From the sequence record KF147891.1: a DNA stretch of 64,000 bases; one strand, written 5' to 3'. The notes beneath the pieces were generated by a model that saw only the letters and a program-made list of their open reading frames with translations, ran no database searches and was not told where the DNA came from. Each line of letters starts with the position of its first letter. Within the stretch, counting starts at the first letter, position 1. Shown piece by piece: positions 61,298 to 64,000 of the stretch. The stretch comes from Pseudomonas phage PaBG. The position numbers were made by a program, and so were the translations under genes.

Positions 61298-63197
61298 GCT
61301 CCTTCCAAAGCCGATTAAAACCCTGCGCGACGGGTATGTCGTATTGTTCAACGGCAAAATGATCGCGGACAGCGAACTGTACACTGAGTCCGGACAAAAA
61401 CTCAGCGATGCCAACTATCCGATGCCGAAGCTGACTACCACAGGAACTGTCGTCATTAGCGAGCTGTCCTACAAGGAACCTTCCGGAGATTCTCGCAATT
61501 CGTATGTGCAGACCACGTTCGTTGCAGACAACGGGCGTGTGGCCGAAGCCTGTAAACAACTTAACGACACGGGTACGAACTGGCGCGAGTTTCTGAGCGG
61601 CGAGGATCGCCACTGTTTCTATGTCTTCGGCATGGACAGTCCATTTCCTGCTGTATACACTGATACCAAAGGCAGCCAAGCTGGACGTATTAACGCACGC
61701 CACCAATCTTGTGCCCTCGATGTAACGGCCGAGACAACTTCGCGCGTGCTTGAGCCAAATCAGGTCATCAACTACGGAACCTCGACCAGTGCGCAATCTC
61801 CAAGTACCCCAGGTGCGTCCTACCTTGGTATGAGTCGCATCTTAGATGAATCCGACACTCGGTACCTGAGTCTAGTGGTGCAATTGAACGGTACTATGTC
61901 GGCATACGGTTCCTCGACATATTGCCCGACGTTGCAGACAGTACGCAAGGATTACTCCGTGCGCGACGCTGGGTATAACGCGACTACGGCTCCGTGTATT
62001 CCACTGTGGCACGATACTACGGACAAAGTGTTCTTTGCTTGGGAATTGTCGAATAGCCCGACAGCGTACGGGTTGGCAGGTGCAATTATTCGACCAATCG
62101 CTCTCCACTATAGTTCCGACATGGTGGCGACTCGCGTACAAGCTGGCTACACCGTGACATTGGACAGCTTCGTTAGCTCAACCATATCTGGATTCACCTC
62201 CAACAAGCCGTGGCGCACGCTACCAATCATTCGCGCTCTCAAGAAGGCCGATGGTCTCCTGACCGCGTTCATTCCGAATGTTCAGGGTATTGCTGGAACT
62301 GTTCAGACAAACCTCGTGGGCAGTGTTTCTCTGGACCGTGTCGAGTATAACTACGTCACGAAGACCTTTGGTTCCCGTATCCAGATGAACGTCGTTGATC
62401 CAGATACTGGCTTGACGCCCACCTGGGGCGAGAACATGGTTGTCGTCCGCGACTCCAACTGGGCGAACGCGAAGATGAACACTGGGGATAACTACCCTGC
62501 GCACTTCCAGTTCTCCTTCATGCACGAGGTAGATAACGAGACCTACGTCGTCATCCTTGTGACGGGCAACGGCATTCCCAGCCGCAACCGCAACAACAAC
62601 AATTTCCAGTATCCGACGAATACCGTGCAGTACACGTTGCGCTTGGATAAGGCAGACAAGACGAAAGCCTATCTGGTTGCCCGTGAAAATCTGGATGGCT
62701 TCTTTGGCACGCAGCGTTCGCTCTACTCGTTCGCGGGTACTCAAGATCACAGCAGCCTGTATTGCATTTGCGACAATGACGTGGTGCGCCTCGTGTTCGA
62801 TCAGACGCAATTGAAGTACGTCCTGTCCGACACTGTGATCGACGTGGATGCTGTTAGCCTGCTGGTCAAGGACAACGGCGACGTGTGGTTGATGGATCAG
62901 ATGCAGCGCGTGTACCAGATGCGCCAAAGCAACGCTGATCTGGTGCGCCTGCGCTTCGGCCAGGTGAATGACCGCTTCGTCGAGGCTCCGTATGACGTCC
63001 AGCTATTCGTCAGTGCGGCTAATTTCATGGGAGAGCTTGGTGCTAAACCCATTGAGCTGGTAATCGACGGACCTGCCGTGTTCAAAGCGAACAACGGCAA
63101 GAAACTCAACATCACCACGTCCGCAGCAGATGAGCTGGCTTTGCTCATCACTGTCACCGGATACGGTGAGATTTACGTGACACCCAGAGGATTGTGA
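61290..63197 (+). CDS. hypothetical structural protein (635 aa)
   Basis: ATG 61290 (MRKLLPK...) overlaps the upstream stop (ATGCGTAA). The track start at 61248 is rejected. Confidence 0.5.
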   Translation: MRKLLPKPIKTLRDGYVVLFNGKMIADSELYTESGQKLSDANYPMPKLTTTGTVVISELSYKEPSGDSRNSYVQTTFVADNGRVAEACKQLNDTGTNWREFLSGEDRHCFYVFGMDSPFPAVYTDTKGSQAGRINARHQSCALDVTAETTSRVLEPNQVINYGTSTSAQSPSTPGASYLGMSRILDESDTRYLSLVVQLNGTMSAYGSSTYCPTLQTVRKDYSVRDAGYNATTAPCIPLWHDTTDKVFFAWELSNSPTAYGLAGAIIRPIALHYSSDMVATRVQAGYTVTLDSFVSSTISGFTSNKPWRTLPIIRALKKADGLLTAFIPNVQGIAGTVQTNLVGSVSLDRVEYNYVTKTFGSRIQMNVVDPDTGLTPTWGENMVVVRDSNWANAKMNTGDNYPAHFQFSFMHEVDNETYVVILVTGNGIPSRNRNNNNFQYPTNTVQYTLRLDKADKTKAYLVARENLDGFFGTQRSLYSFAGTQDHSSLYCICDNDVVRLVFDQTQLKYVLSDTVIDVDAVSLLVKDNGDVWLMDQMQRVYQMRQSNADLVRLRFGQVNDRFVEAPYDVQLFVSAANFMGELGAKPIELVIDGPAVFKANNGKKLNITTSAADELALLITVTGYGEIYVTPRGL

Positions 63198-63238
63198 TTC
63201 AAAGGGCACAAGGACGTGCCTACAACTGAGACCCAACC

Positions 63239-63910
63239 ATGTTCAAAATACCAAGCATTTCGCCTTGGCCAGGTGACCGACCGGTAGAAAGCGAGTACAC
63301 GATTCTCAACGCGCAGGAGGGCGTCAACGGCATCTACCGAGTCTCAGGACCTGACGGTGAGGAGTTTGATGCCTACTGCGACATGACAACCGACGGCGGC
63401 CATTGGATTCTCATTGCCAGATGGGCCGCGTCTCCGAACAAGACGATTACATGGGGACAGGTTATCGTCAAAGACGCCTCACTGAACACTACGACCAATA
63501 GCGCTACTCTGTACCCTGTGATCCCCACAGGTGTCCGCAACGTGGCCAAGGAAGTGTTGTTCAAAAGTGCGGCTTCTGGCTGGGTTAGCCGATACGGCCA
63601 GTGGTTGAAATTCACCACTACGGATGATCCTGCCCTTGTCATCACTTCGACTGGCATTGATGCAATGCGTGGTAGTGATCGTGCGATTGTGAAGATGCAC
63701 GGTGAGAGTGCAGGCTGGGGAGGGAACACGTCGATGACCAACAACTTCTCGCTCTGGACACAATGGGGTAACGGCGGCCCATGTGGTGGTGCCGGCGTCT
63801 GCGGTTCTCAGAAGATTTGCCCAGTAATTAGAGCCAACTACAACTACAGTTGCCATTTCGATTTCTCCTCCGTGAAGCAACTGTTTATCAGAAGTCGTAT
63901 TCCTGAATAA
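63239..63910 (+). CDS. fibrinogen-related-domain (FReD-like) protein
   Basis: GIYRVSGPDGEEFDAYCDMTTDGGHWILIARW closely matches the fibrinogen C-terminal domain signature (G.Y.I.P...FEVYCDMTTDGGGWTV.QRR). Gly/Cys-rich C-terminus. Confidence 0.55.
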   Translation: MFKIPSISPWPGDRPVESEYTILNAQEGVNGIYRVSGPDGEEFDAYCDMTTDGGHWILIARWAASPNKTITWGQVIVKDASLNTTTNSATLYPVIPTGVRNVAKEVLFKSAASGWVSRYGQWLKFTTTDDPALVITSTGIDAMRGSDRAIVKMHGESAGWGGNTSMTNNFSLWTQWGNGGPCGGAGVCGSQKICPVIRANYNYSCHFDFSSVKQLFIRSRIPE

Positions 63911-63920
63911 AGAGGCAATC

Positions 63921-64000
63921 ATGCTTAGCCTGATTCCAAGACTAGCTCCATGGCCGCTAGTACGCGGAGACCTACGGAGTTATCCGACCCTACTAAGCAA
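63921..64000 (+). CDS. hypothetical protein, 3' partial (runs off window end)
   Basis: SD AAAGAGG then ATG 63921; the ORF is open to the end of the window. Confidence 0.4.
   Translation, partial: MLSLIPRLAPWPLVRGDLRSYPTLLS

Noticed and set aside
1-64000. CRISPR array, diversity-generating retroelement, integrase/transposase, toxin-antitoxin pairs
   Set aside because: No direct-repeat/spacer arrays, no reverse-transcriptase or recombinase motifs, and no near-identical template/variable repeat pairs were seen. Fibre paralogs are divergent at DNA level.

Overview
This 64 kb window is a densely packed, GC-rich (by eye roughly 55-60%) stretch of a large tailed bacteriophage genome, either a phage genome fragment or a prophage interior. 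The contractile-tail gene content suggests a myovirus-type, possibly jumbo, phage; this is an inference. The host cannot be identified from sequence alone.

Almost every gene is on the + strand. Many start/stop overlaps of the ATGA / TAATG type indicate translational coupling. Several strong intrinsic terminators follow genes that are probably highly expressed.

The exception is a roughly 3.2 kb cassette at 24397-27636 on the - strand. It sits between a bidirectional terminator (24359-24398) and a divergent sigma70-like promoter (27673-27701). It carries a thymidylate-synthase-family gene with large insertions, two adjacent out-of-frame ORFs that together resemble a nucleoside 2-deoxyribosyltransferase/DNPH1-like enzyme, and a DUF551-like protein.

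Functions I can recognise:
- an SF2 helicase with an N-terminal C4 zinc finger
- a J-domain (HPD) protein
- a tail sheath protein
- an NAD-dependent (LigA-type) DNA ligase
- a GT2 glycosyltransferase with TPR repeats
- a 2H phosphoesterase with two H-x-T motifs
- a C39-like papain-fold peptidase candidate
- a baseplate module (PAAR-like, gp25/W-like, gp6/J-like)
- at least five fibre-like proteins (tail-collar N-terminus, GGTMTGPL motif, Ig-like repeat arrays)
- four paralogous collagen-like proteins
- a 1217-aa adhesin-like protein with Gly/Asp low complexity, triple internal repeats, two Calx-beta-like segments and a PA14-like C-terminus
- a tandem array of three paralogous ~600-aa proteins
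- a fibrinogen-related (FReD-like) domain protein

The observation I find most novel is a recurring ~90-aa C-terminal module (GGWDGASWP ... WYLYRTDF) present in four copies across three fibre-type genes.

No tRNA, CRISPR array, integrase, transposase or reverse transcriptase was recognised. Most long minus-strand ORFs in the supplied track are antisense artefacts of GC-rich coding DNA. Domain boundaries and alternative start codons are approximate.
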